A DNA stretch of 64,000 bases from an uncultured virus (IMG/VR IMGVR_UViG_3300033753_000202) (IMGVR_UViG_3300033753_000202); one strand, 5' to 3'; counted from the stretch's first letter, positions 38,716 through 48,267 are shown. The notes: generated by a model not told the origin, from the sequence alone. Program-made: numbers and translations.

Positions 38716-39645
38716 ATGGGTAGCGGACGTTGGAGTTCTTCCGACTGGGATGCTTACTCGCGCACTCATATCGCGGGCAAAAAGTCGACTTCTGGGTATG
38801 ACGGGATTTACAGCGCAAGTTCTCTGCACAAAGATCTCAATCCGAAAGGCGTGATCCGCGAGTCACGGGATTCGGCGGATAATCCGAACGCCACCCCGAT
38901 CATGGTGTTCCTCGACGTCACCGGGTCGATGTCGATGGTGTTGGACGCGATGGCGCGTACCGGACTGCCGACGCTGGCGACGGAGATCTACAATCGGAAG
39001 CCTGTTGCAGACCCACACATCCTGTTTGGGGGTATCGGTGATCCGTACTACGATGATGCTCCGCTTCAAGTCACGCAGTTCGAGGCGGACATTCGCATCG
39101 CGGAACAGCTCACGAAAATCTGGCTTGAGAAGGGCGGTGGTATAAATGACTTCGAGGGTTACGCATTGGCGTGGTACTTCGGGGCGTTCAAAACCAGCAC
39201 CGATCACTTCGAGAAGCGCGGCAAAAAGGGCTACCTGTTTACTGTAGGCGATGAGCGCCCGACGCCGGAGCTTACGAAGGGGCAAATTCTCGAAGTGTTC
39301 GGGGATGAAGTGCAAGCCAACATGAGCGCGGAACAGCTCTTGAATGCGGTTACACGGCAGTACGAGGTCTTTCACATCGTGGTCAAGGAAGGCAGTGGCT
39401 GGCTGCATGACAGCAAGGAAGTGGAGCGCCAGTGGCGTGAACTGCTCGGTCAACGGGTCATCTTCCTCGACGATCATACCAAGATGGGTGAGGTTATCGT
39501 TTCCACCCTGCAGGTTATGAACGGGGAGGACAAAGCTAAGGTTGCCGCAAGTTGGGATGGTTCGACCAGTATCGTGGTTGCCAAAGCGCTCGACTCGCTG
39601 ACACTGATTCCGCAAGATCCAAACACGGGTATCCGTCGCTTCTAA
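38716..39645 (+). CDS. vWA-domain protein
   Basis: LDVTGSM MIDAS-like motif, GIGD, QFE.D, EKGGG, GYLFT.GDE. Confidence 0.8.
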   Translation: MGSGRWSSSDWDAYSRTHIAGKKSTSGYDGIYSASSLHKDLNPKGVIRESRDSADNPNATPIMVFLDVTGSMSMVLDAMARTGLPTLATEIYNRKPVADPHILFGGIGDPYYDDAPLQVTQFEADIRIAEQLTKIWLEKGGGINDFEGYALAWYFGAFKTSTDHFEKRGKKGYLFTVGDERPTPELTKGQILEVFGDEVQANMSAEQLLNAVTRQYEVFHIVVKEGSGWLHDSKEVERQWRELLGQRVIFLDDHTKMGEVIVSTLQVMNGEDKAKVAASWDGSTSIVVAKALDSLTLIPQDPNTGIRRF

Positions 39646-39813
39646 TCGCTTCTAACTGAGTTTTAACTCAGTGTATCAAAAGTTCTTAAGCACTGGAGTA
39701 ACTCCAGTGCTTTTTTCTTAACTATGTGTTTTTGTGTAGGAGAAAGTTGTCTTGTAAGGAGAAAAAGGTTATAATGCTTGTATAAATAATTCTCGTAGAG
39801 AGGGGTTCTTTGA

Positions 39814-41106
39814 ATGGGGAATTTCGATAAGATAGTTAGAGTGGTTATTGGAGCGAATTTTGGGGATGAAGGTAAGGGTTTGATGACGGACTATTTTGTT
39901 TCGCAAGCTCTTGATGAAGGACGTAAACCGTTGGTCATCCGATTTAATGGTGGAGCGCAAGCGGCACATACGGTCGTAACTCCAGAAGGGTTGGAGCATG
40001 TCTTCAGTCATTTCGGTTCCGGTACGTTGCAAGGGGTACCAACCTATTTGAGTCAGTTTTTCATCTCGAATCCGACAATGTTCGTGAAGGAGCATAGGGT
40101 TCTTTGTAAGAAACTTAAAGGAAAAATCCCACTTATTTATGTGCATCCTGACTCTCTTGTCACTACTCCAGTGGATGTATGGATAAATCAAGCAGTTGAG
40201 CGAGCAAGGGGTGATGCTCGGCATGGAAGTTGTGGTTTGGGGATCAGTGAAACGGTAGTTCGGAATGAGCATCCGCTTACCAAGGTGCATTTGCGCGTTC
40301 GTGATCTGTTGAATCACAATGAGCTTCGCGCCAAGTTGAAATTCTTGGTCTATGACTATATGCCCATGCGGTTATCGGAGTTGGGGTATCCGAAACTTCA
40401 TCATGAGTTTCTTTCGTTGGACGTCAATCTTTTGTTCAATAACTTTTTGGATGATGTTCAGTTCTTCCTTGATCATGTCTTAATCACGACGGACAAAGCG
40501 CTTTTCGAACATTTCGATGCACTTATTTTTGAAGGCGCTCAAGGTTTGTTGCTGGATCAGGACTTGGAGGAGTTTGCACCGCATATTACTCATAGTAAAA
40601 CCGGGTTGATCAATGTTCTCAAGATTATCGCAGGTTCAGAAGGTTGGTTGCGTTCACTTCAATATCCAGTTGCGTCTAATGAGACGGGGGTGATTATGGA
40701 AGTTTGTTATGTGACCCGAGCTTATCTTACACGTCATGGTGCAGGGAGGATGGACACGGAGCTTCCCGAGAAACCGTATCGGGGTATTCATGATCCGACG
40801 AATCTTCCAAATGAGTGGCAAGGTTCTTTGCGTTTTGGGTATTTGGATCTCGATCAGCTCAATTTTTATGTGCTTTTAGATAAGCTCCAGGGTGAGTCCT
40901 TCAAGTTTTATCTTTCCGTTGCAGTTACTTGTATGGATCAAATCGATCCGGTTTGCTATGCGGTTCGTAATGGGAAGTTAGAGCAACATACGAAAGAATC
41001 GCTTCTCGACGTCATTTCGAGTACGAGTCTTTTTGCACGGATGTACTCATCATGGGGTAGGACACGGGAAACAGTTTTGGACTCCTTTCAATTGTCTTTA
41101 CTCTAG
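39814..41106 (+). CDS. Divergent adenylosuccinate synthetase (PurA-like)
   Basis: GANFGDEGKG, RFNGGAQAAHT, FEGAQGLLLD, RAYLTRHGAG, R.G.LD. Confidence 0.85.
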   Translation: MGNFDKIVRVVIGANFGDEGKGLMTDYFVSQALDEGRKPLVIRFNGGAQAAHTVVTPEGLEHVFSHFGSGTLQGVPTYLSQFFISNPTMFVKEHRVLCKKLKGKIPLIYVHPDSLVTTPVDVWINQAVERARGDARHGSCGLGISETVVRNEHPLTKVHLRVRDLLNHNELRAKLKFLVYDYMPMRLSELGYPKLHHEFLSLDVNLLFNNFLDDVQFFLDHVLITTDKALFEHFDALIFEGAQGLLLDQDLEEFAPHITHSKTGLINVLKIIAGSEGWLRSLQYPVASNETGVIMEVCYVTRAYLTRHGAGRMDTELPEKPYRGIHDPTNLPNEWQGSLRFGYLDLDQLNFYVLLDKLQGESFKFYLSVAVTCMDQIDPVCYAVRNGKLEQHTKESLLDVISSTSLFARMYSSWGRTRETVLDSFQLSLL

Positions 41107-41318
41107 GTCTTTAACCCTCACTGATGTGAGGGTTTCTTTTATGGGGGATAGGACTAGTTGTTTTTCTGGGTTGAGGAGGTTTTAAGTTTAGGTTGAAGAA
41201 AGGAGAGGTTCCACGTGAACCTCTCCTTTTATTTTGATTTTATGTCTTTTCTTGTAACTAGGTGCAGGGATTTCTTACTTCGGATTATACTTTTAGGAAA
41301 TTGAAAGGAGGGTTATTC

Positions 41319-41681
41319 ATGCATCAAGTCTTGGGTAATGTGACGATTTCGCAAAGCGTTTTCGCTATTTTGGCGTCTAAAGCCACCTTGAAGGTTGAAG
41401 GGGTAAGTCGTTTCGGGGCTACTCTGATGGAAACTATCAACTCGTTCATCACTCGGAATACGCATCAGCAGGGAATTACGGTTCAGCAAATTGATGACTC
41501 TGCGGTGATTTTTGACATTCGTCTTGTTGTGGATTATGGGTTTAATCTGTTGAAGGTTGCCGCCGATGTTCAAAAAGCAGTGATCGAAGAGGTCGAAGCT
41601 ATGACGGGATACCGAGTGGATGCGGTTAATGTGACTTTTGTTGATATTCGGATCAATACTTCTGAAGCACCTTCGAAGTAA
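41319..41681 (+). CDS. Asp23/Gls24 envelope stress family protein
   Basis: G.V.I...V...A..A...VEGV, V.YG.N...VA..VQ..V...VE.MTG..V..VNV. Confidence 0.9.
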   Translation: MHQVLGNVTISQSVFAILASKATLKVEGVSRFGATLMETINSFITRNTHQQGITVQQIDDSAVIFDIRLVVDYGFNLLKVAADVQKAVIEEVEAMTGYRVDAVNVTFVDIRINTSEAPSK

Positions 41682-41754
41682 TCTTTCTACGACGGCATAT
41701 AAGGCTAAGGCTTTTGTCTTAGCCTTCATTGTTTATATAGCGGGGTGTTTTTCT

Positions 41755-42684
41755 TTGGAAGTCGAGTTAGAGTATATTTGTCCATTTTGTAAGACACGGA
41801 ATCATGAGTCAGAAAGGTATTGTGTCATCTGCGGTTGCGATCTGACAGGTGCTGAGGCGCTTCCCAAGGAGAGTTCGCTCAAGCGACTTTCATCCGTGCT
41901 TAAGTGGTTTTTCCGTGCGGTATGCTGGGCGTACGTGTTCATGTTTGTCGTTTTGACCCTGAATTACACGATGATCATCATGCTTCCTTATGGAATTCAG
42001 CGTTCTTTGGAGGGTATTCCGACGTTACAATCGTTCTCGTCACGTGTCGCGGCGGAGATCAATCCGTGGTTGTGGGGTTTTGCCAACGTTTCTTTCGATA
42101 GGCAGGAGTACGCCCCTATCGAGGTCGATTTCTTCACGGAGGATTTTGAGCTTCGCACGGATTTGAAGGGGTACGGTTCTCAGGATAATCCAGTTCCTTT
42201 GGGTGTAGAAGTTGATTTTGCGGTGAAGCCTTATTTTGGTTCTAACGTAGACAACTTTACTATTCGTGTGAATGAGGTCGTTCGTGGAGAAGCAGTCGAA
42301 CCTCTCCTGCGTGATATGGGGTTAACCACTGAGGACTTGGAATCTTCGTTTGGGGGTTATTATGAGTATCTTTTGATAAACGCAACGTTCACTTGGCACT
42401 CGTCTTCCCTTGGAATGGACTCGATAACTCTCCCAAACAATCCGTTTTATGGTTTGGTTTCACCCAATGGCGAGCATTACTCACAGGCTTTATTTAAGCC
42501 GACGAGCCATACGCTAAAAAGTGTGTTGTATCCCGGCGATTCGTTTTCTGGTTGGGTTGCTTACGAGGTACCGAAATCACAGGATGAGTTTTTCTTAACC
42601 ATTGAAGGGGTGCAAGGTACGCTCGACGATTACGAACATATCACGGTTTATTTTTCTGTGAATAAAGACTTAAAGGTTGGATAG
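41755..42684 (+). CDS. Zinc-ribbon + TM + DUF4352-like extracellular protein
   Basis: CPFC...N.....C..CG, TM helix, LYPG....GWVAYEVPK. Confidence 0.65.
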   Translation: MEVELEYICPFCKTRNHESERYCVICGCDLTGAEALPKESSLKRLSSVLKWFFRAVCWAYVFMFVVLTLNYTMIIMLPYGIQRSLEGIPTLQSFSSRVAAEINPWLWGFANVSFDRQEYAPIEVDFFTEDFELRTDLKGYGSQDNPVPLGVEVDFAVKPYFGSNVDNFTIRVNEVVRGEAVEPLLRDMGLTTEDLESSFGGYYEYLLINATFTWHSSSLGMDSITLPNNPFYGLVSPNGEHYSQALFKPTSHTLKSVLYPGDSFSGWVAYEVPKSQDEFFLTIEGVQGTLDDYEHITVYFSVNKDLKVG

Positions 42685-43364
42685 ATTTACATGGTAGTTG
42701 TTCATTCGAAGAACGCGCATGCAGACTCTACATTTCCGTTGATCCCTTGGATGGGGTACTTCTCTTGACACTTTAGTACTTTTGTGTTAAGATATTCTTA
42801 TATTTCATCAAATCTTGCGTGTTGGGGTGCTGAAAATGCAAATATCAACTCCGTTCTCGGTGGATTTAGCTTCTTGCGGGTCTACTCAAGGGGTTCGTGC
42901 GTCCATTTTCAGCTCTGTAACGCGGGGACTTTTGTATTCAGTTCTGAAGGAGTCCGGTTATTACGGACTCCTTTTGGTGTTGCGCTTAGAACTCGTGGAG
43001 CGTCTGGAGCGTAAGGTGTTTGAATACAAAAGTTCACTGCGATCAGCACTCGGGGTTACGTGTAGGATAACACGCTTCGAAGCAGGGTGAGGGGTATTTC
43101 CTTTATCCTTTGCTTGTTAGATGGCGTGATCAGTAATCTGCGAAGGTTGCTGATCACGCCTTTTCTTTTGTTCGGAGGGGATGGAATGACTGAGAATGGT
43201 GAGTATCTAGGTGACTTGAAATTCTTATATAACTTTCAAATTTCATTAAGACTTCAGCTTAAGGCTCTCAGACAAAAGTTCATTTTTCGAGGGCTTATTT
43301 AAGTGTTGCCAACAAACCAGTTAGACTTTGCGAAAAACTATAAGAAAAAAGTTTCAAAAATGTG

Positions 43365-43393
43365 TTGACGGCGTTGTGTAGCCATGTTATAGT
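43365..43393 (+). promoter_or_regulatory. Promoter of tRNA array 2
   Basis: TTGACG-N17-TATAGT with TG and an A-tract upstream. Confidence 0.75.
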
Positions 43394-43454
43394 ATAGACA
43401 TCTCGCTAGGGCGGGTACTAAATAAGGTGCTGTAAACTTCGACAGGTCTTGCAT

Positions 43455-43541
43455 GGGGAAGCGGCGAAGAAGGCGAGTCGCGGCGGACTGTAAATCCGTT
43501 GTCTAATGGCTAAGTGAGTTCGAATCTCACCTTCCCCACCA
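43455..43541 (+). tRNA. tRNA-Tyr(GTA)
   Basis: GCGGA-CTGTAAA-TCCGT, long variable arm, CCA. Confidence 0.9.
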
Positions 43542-43547
43542 TAACAT

Positions 43548-43624
43548 GGCGTGGTGGTGAAACGGTCTAACACACCGCCCTTTCAAGGCGGCATTTACGG
43601 GTTCGAATCCCGTCCACGTCACCA
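43548..43624 (+). tRNA. tRNA-Glu(TTC)
   Basis: CCGCC-CTTTCAA-GGCGG, CCA. Confidence 0.92.
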
Positions 43625-43630
43625 TATCAT

Positions 43631-43705
43631 GGTACGTTCGTCTAGTGGTCTAGGACACGAGTGGCGCGACGCCGAGAGACAGGGGTTCGAATCCCCTACG
43701 TACCA
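43631..43705 (+). ncRNA. tRNA-like RNA with remodelled anticodon arm
   Basis: Perfect acceptor GGTACGT/ACGTACC, D arm and T arm; anticodon arm replaced by GGCG-cga-CGCC. Confidence 0.65.
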
Positions 43706-43727
43706 TTCTTAACTTTACGCCATCTTT

Positions 43728-43814
43728 GCGCCCGTGGCGGAAGTGGCGAGACGCACGGGACTTAAAATCCCGAGACTTTGGGTCATACAGGTTCGATTCC
43801 TGTCGGGCGCACCA
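43728..43814 (+). tRNA. tRNA-Leu(TAA)
   Basis: CGGGA-CTTAAAA-TCCCG, CCA. Confidence 0.92.
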
Positions 43815-43827
43815 TTGAGTTAAATAT

Positions 43828-43912
43828 GCGTCTATGGCGGAACTGGCAGACGCGCACGACTCAAAATCGTGTGTCTTCGGACGTGAGGGTTCGACTCCCT
43901 CTAGACGCACCA
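43828..43912 (+). tRNA. tRNA-Leu(CAA)
   Basis: CACGA-CTCAAAA-TCGTG, CCA. Confidence 0.92.
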
Positions 43913-43921
43913 TAATTTCCT

Positions 43922-44008
43922 GCGTCCGTGGCGGAATTTTGGCAGACGCGCTAGATTTAGGCTCTAGTGTCTTCGGACGTGCAGGTTCGAATCCTGCCGG
44001 ACGCACCA
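43922..44008 (+). tRNA. tRNA-Leu(TAG)
   Basis: CTAGA-TTTAGGC-TCTAG, CCA. Confidence 0.92.
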
Positions 44009-44016
44009 TATTTGAT

Positions 44017-44133
44017 GGGAGGTTACTTGGAGCGGAGGGTAGCTCCCTCTGGAGGTTCGATTCCTCCTTGGTGGTCTAGGCTGGTGCGTGGTAGCATCGG
44101 TCGGCGGGTTCGATTCCCGCAACCTCCCACCCA
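44017..44133 (+). ncRNA. tRNA-like RNA with two T arms
   Basis: 8-bp acceptor GGGAGGTT/AACCTCCC; GGAGG-TTCGATT-CCTCC and GCGGG-TTCGATT-CCCGC. Confidence 0.7.
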
Positions 44134-44137
44134 ACAT

Positions 44138-44225
44138 GCGGTCGTGGCGGAATTAGGCAGACGCGCTATCTCGAGGGGGTAGTGTCCGCAAGGGCGTGAG
44201 GGTTCGACTCCCTCCGACCGCACCA
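44138..44225 (+). tRNA. tRNA-Leu(GAG) with C33
   Basis: CTATC-TCGAGGG-GGTAG, Leu-type body, A73, CCA. Confidence 0.85.
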
Positions 44226-44250
44226 AAACTACAGTAAACGAGGGGTATTT

Positions 44251-44724
44251 TTGCAGGAATTATTCAAACTTGGATTGGTGGCTTGTGATATTGTACCGGA
44301 GAAACAAGCTCGCAGAATAGGGCACTCGGAGCATTTGACTTTGTCGTTTCCTCATCGAAGATCGGTGGTATTGTTTCGCGCTGAGTGGGACAAAGAAGCG
44401 TTCATGAAAGTTGGAGTGCATTGGGTTTCACCCAAGGGAAGTGACAAGCTTGTGCTTGATTATAAGCACGATATTCTTGGTTTGTACTTGGGGTATCCTC
44501 CCGCCGCTGTAACGTCATATATGCGTGGAAACACCGACTGTACCATGTATTTTGGGGGTACTGGCTTCCGGGCAAGGTATGCGGATCTTGAGGACAATTT
44601 GGACTATCTCTGCCGACATTACGGAAGTACGGGTTTCAAGTGCAGTGTTCGTCTGGATGCTCAGGATAAGTCTTACGCTGTTACGGAGGTTTGGGATGTA
44701 AATACGCTTTCCAGAGTTGGATAA
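44251..44724 (+). CDS. Hypothetical protein
   Basis: ORF with H..LG..LGYP..AV motif. Confidence 0.6.
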   Translation: MQELFKLGLVACDIVPEKQARRIGHSEHLTLSFPHRRSVVLFRAEWDKEAFMKVGVHWVSPKGSDKLVLDYKHDILGLYLGYPPAAVTSYMRGNTDCTMYFGGTGFRARYADLEDNLDYLCRHYGSTGFKCSVRLDAQDKSYAVTEVWDVNTLSRVG

Positions 44725-45254
44725 TAGCTCGTAGCTTGCGGTTAAAAGGATTGAAGGGAACAAATGACGTTCTCTGTTTCTGAGCGCAAGGCTATAGCTC
44801 TAGTGCTTTTCGTTGTACTTCAAGTTGCCCTATGCGATTCTGAACAGCTTGCGGTTTTTGATTATTATAATTATACAATGCCGTGGGTTCCTCGGACTTT
44901 GAACAAGGAAGTCTACACAGCGGTTTCGCGGGCATTTCAGCGGTCAACTGACCTAAGTGCAAGTTATATTCAACCGGAATCTTTCTCTATAACATATGTC
45001 TCGGATTAGGGGGTAATGATATGCCACGGCATTCACAGGTTACGGTTATCGTCACGGGTGATCCTAAAGAGTTGGTAGAACACTGTGCGTCAATGGCACG
45101 AGCGGGGGTCGCATTCTCTTTCAAGATGTGGGAAATTCGTGCTAAGTTTGACACCTTGGCGGGAGCGCAAACTTTTGCCAATAATCTTCGCGTCAATAGT
45201 GGGTTGCATACCCATATCAAACCTTAGACGGGTTTCCGTCTAAGGTTTTCCTCT

Positions 45255-45347
45255 GGATCGGTGGCTGAGCGGTTGAAGGCGGCGCGTTTCTAATGCGTTG
45301 GGGGAGTTTGACTTCCTCCGAGGGTTCGAATCCCTCTCGATCCTCCA
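45255..45347 (+). tRNA. Class II (Ser-like body) tRNA with TCT (Arg) anticodon
   Basis: GCGCG-TTTCTAA-TGCGT, long variable arm, U73, CCA. Confidence 0.8.
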
Positions 45348-45372
45348 CTATTTTTTTTTTGAGGTGGTTTTC

Positions 45373-45747
45373 TTGGTCACGTCTGATAAGAAGCTCAAAC
45401 AAGCGGTGGACGATTTGTTCGCCCGTGGAGTTCTTCCGGTCGTCGATGTGGAGTTTGACTATTTGCAGAGCGCGTATATCGAGAGGAAACCGTTGTTTTC
45501 GCATTTTCAGCAGTTGCGTGAGGCGGGTACGCTCCCGTCGCTGGACTCCCTTTCGAAGGAGCAGTTGCGCCATCTTTGGTATATTGAGGTAGTCCCGGAC
45601 AGACACATCGCTCAGCTCTTTGGTGTACCGCTGAAGGCTGTTCGTCGCCGTCGGCAAGAGTTGGGTATCACTCAGCTTTCCTGTATGGTGGCGCAGTTGG
45701 AGTTTGGCGGTAAGACCTTGATCGCCTACCCTCTCCCCTCAGCATAA
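45373..45747 (+). CDS. Putative HTH DNA-binding protein
   Basis: D..IAQLFGV....V..RR..LGI; GAGGTGG RBS. Confidence 0.6.
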   Translation: MVTSDKKLKQAVDDLFARGVLPVVDVEFDYLQSAYIERKPLFSHFQQLREAGTLPSLDSLSKEQLRHLWYIEVVPDRHIAQLFGVPLKAVRRRRQELGITQLSCMVAQLEFGGKTLIAYPLPSA

Positions 45748-45987
45748 AGCGGGAGTAGGGGTATCTTGCTTTATGGTAGTCTTAGCTTCTCCACCTTATC
45801 TCACTTCGTTAATTTTTAACGACTACCTGAAAATTGAGGGGATTCCTAGTATGCGACTCTTGAAAAATCTTCAATTTAATGGTACACTAGTAGAGAAATG
45901 CGGGAGCCTTGGGGTTACCGGGGGCGGCGGTAGATAAAACCCTTATCGAAAGCCGTACATCTCTCGCGACTCTCTACTGGAGGTATA

Positions 45988-46190
45988 TGGTCATGATGCT
46001 GGGGGTACAAGAAATCGTTGCGGCGGCTCCGGTTTTGATGGGGAAAGAAGTTCGTCTGCATTTGCACACAAATCATGGTGGTCGGAAATCCTATGTGGTT
46101 ACCATCAAGAAGGTTACCCCGGCGGGCTTGGTCACGACCAATGGCAACCATAATTTGCAGACGGTCATCGGTGTGGAGACGCTCTTGTAA
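45988..46190 (+). CDS. Small hypothetical protein
   Basis: GGAGGT RBS. Confidence 0.55.
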
Positions 46191-46203
46191 GGAGGAGTAG
46201 TTT

Positions 46204-46458
46204 ATGCGTTCTCGACGGCGCACCAACTATGCGATTGAGGGGGTACGTCGGGCAGTCGATACCACTATCCGCACGAGTTACCCGCCGCATGTCAAGGTGG
46301 AGCGTCTCCGCGCGATCCATATGGTATTAAACAACTTCAAGTATAGTATTCGGTCACTTCCAGACTGGGATGAACTCCAGCGTTTGGAAGTTCGAATACT
46401 CGATTCCATTAACGACTATCAGTCGCAACTTCCTTCCGGTGTAGTCACCCATTACTGA
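46204..46458 (+). CDS. Small hypothetical protein
   Basis: AAGGAGG RBS. Confidence 0.6.
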   Translation: MRSRRRTNYAIEGVRRAVDTTIRTSYPPHVKVERLRAIHMVLNNFKYSIRSLPDWDELQRLEVRILDSINDYQSQLPSGVVTHY

Positions 46459-46508
46459 TTGGGGTCTTGCGCTTATCAGACTGACATGGTAGGCTATGAA
46501 CAAATGTT

Positions 46509-46604
46509 GGATGGTTGGCAGAGTGGTTGAATGCGCTCGTCTTGAAAGCAAGAAGGGGTGTGAGGAGCATCCTTCGGGGGGTTAGAGTCCCTCACTGTCC
46601 GCCA
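46509..46604 (+). tRNA. Degenerate tRNA-Ser(TGA)
   Basis: CTTGAAA loop, long variable arm, mismatched anticodon stem, T loop TTAGAGT. Confidence 0.65.
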
Positions 46605-46613
46605 TACTTTTGC

Positions 46614-46706
46614 GGAGCCGTGTCCGAATGGTAAGGAGGCGGTCTTGAAAATCGCTTAAGGCGGTTCGTCACCGCTGTGCAGGTTCGAGTCCTGTCGGCT
46701 CCACCA
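46614..46706 (+). tRNA. tRNA-Ser(TGA)
   Basis: GCGGT-CTTGAAA-ATCGC, long variable arm, A73, CCA. Confidence 0.85.
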
Positions 46707-46813
46707 TACTTTTCTCTTTTGGTGGAGAGAAGGTAAGGGTTGGATTTGTGGATTATCTATTAATGTGGTCGTTTGTCTTCCTTGCGATCCATGTGCATTG
46801 GGGGTATTAAAGA

Positions 46814-47017
46814 GTGCGGTTTGAAGGTACGTGTCCTTTTGTTGGTTGTGCAAAAACGTATCCGCATGAGCATTCCACTTGTCCTGACTGTGGTGCAGTT
46901 CGATTCGGGAATATGTTTTGTAACACTTGTGTAAAGACATGGGATATCAGTCCTGTTATGAAGATGCGACTTATCTCAGCGAACACTGAACGTGGCACGA
47001 AGATCTATCCGCTTTGA
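46814..47017 (+). CDS. Small Cys-rich (zinc-finger-like) protein
   Basis: CPFVGC...H...CPDCG...CNTC. Confidence 0.5.
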   Translation: MRFEGTCPFVGCAKTYPHEHSTCPDCGAVRFGNMFCNTCVKTWDISPVMKMRLISANTERGTKIYPL

Positions 47018-47039
47018 TTTGGTATTTTAGTTTGTATAT

Positions 47040-47113
47040 GCATCCGTACCCAAGTGGTTTAAGGGGCGAGTCTGCAAAACTCGTATTCGCTGGTTCGAAT
47101 CCAGTCGGATGCT
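47040..47113 (+). tRNA. tRNA-Cys(GCA), no encoded CCA
   Basis: CGAGT-CTGCAAA-ACTCG, U73. Confidence 0.88.
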
Positions 47114-47433
47114 TTTACTTGAGACCTGTGAGACCTGTCGGTAGCGTGACGGGTCTTTTTCTTTTGACGCGCATGCTTTTGTACGATCATGCACGGTATG
47201 GGGTATTTTTAATCTTTGCGCTTAACTTGCTCAAGAAATTCGGACTGTGATAGTTCGGGTGTGAGTTCTTGACCAGCGTATGTTCCATACGCTGGTCTTT
47301 TTCTTTCTTCTTGGTTGAAATAAAGTTGGGGGTTAGCTTTACCTGCTTGTCCTAAAGGGAAAATTTTGTTACAATAAATAAGTAACTGCTCTTTTTCTCT
47401 TATTGTTAATTCTGGTCGTTAGGAAGGTGCTTT

Positions 47434-48267
47434 ATGGTATGGAGATTTGGATTTGAGTTAGAGTTTACTGGTTTACATCGTCAAGATGTAGCGAAGTTGA
47501 TGATGAACTATTTTGGCGCTTCCCATTATGAGTCGGTTTTGTCTACGGTGCATGATGACCCTTATTTCTATTATGTTGTACGGGATGCTCAAAAACGTCG
47601 TTGGAAAGTAGTTCGGGATCGGAGTATTACCTCTGCGGTTTATGCGGATAAAGCACCTTCTGATCATTTAGGTGTTGTGTCGCTGACGGATCAAGGGGTT
47701 ATTTTGTTTGATGATAACGACTATAAGGCTGAGTTAGTAACTCCAGCACTCACTTTGGACGATTTGCCTGTCCTGCTCGGGTTGGTCATGGAAATTCGTC
47801 AGAGTGGGGGTATTGTCAATCATACTACAGGGATTCATATTCATGTAGATGCTAATGACGATTTGGGGTATATGCTGGGTTTGTTGTCTCGTTTTGCGGC
47901 GAATCAGGATGCTATTTTGAGTTACTTCAAAACGGAGGTTTATCGTCGAGAGAAATATTGTAAGCCTTTCCCTCCTGAAGCAGTACAGGACTTCACGACT
48001 TTACATGGGAATATTTATACTGTACCCGATTTATTGGCGGTATATCGCGCTGTTTTGAGGCATGGGGTAACAGAGGACAACCCTCATCCTGAGCGTTATT
48101 ATGCGCTTAATTATCATAGCGTTGAGAAGCATAATACGGTAGAATTTCGATTTTTCAATTCTACATTGGAGTCTTCTGAGGTTCAACATATTGTGGAATG
48201 GATATATGCGTTTACAGCTCTTGGGGAGCTTCATTTGCCGGATCAAGATTTGTTAGTTGCGATGTAA
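47434..48267 (+). CDS. Putative amidoligase (COOH-NH2 ligase family)
   Basis: FGFELEF, D.SI, ELVTP, GIHIHV, RY.ALN, TVEFR.F. Confidence 0.85.
   Translation: MVWRFGFELEFTGLHRQDVAKLMMNYFGASHYESVLSTVHDDPYFYYVVRDAQKRRWKVVRDRSITSAVYADKAPSDHLGVVSLTDQGVILFDDNDYKAELVTPALTLDDLPVLLGLVMEIRQSGGIVNHTTGIHIHVDANDDLGYMLGLLSRFAANQDAILSYFKTEVYRREKYCKPFPPEAVQDFTTLHGNIYTVPDLLAVYRAVLRHGVTEDNPHPERYYALNYHSVEKHNTVEFRFFNSTLESSEVQHIVEWIYAFTALGELHLPDQDLLVAM

Noticed and set aside
39814..41106. PurZ (2-aminoadenine, Z-genome) assignment
   Set aside because: The catalytic Asp in GDEGKG is retained (PurZ has Ser), and no dATPase/MazZ-like neighbours are visible.
45255..45347. Amber suppressor (CTA) reading
   Set aside because: The 5-bp stem and 7-nt loop register place TCT, not CTA, at positions 34-36. 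Genes in the window also end in TAG normally.
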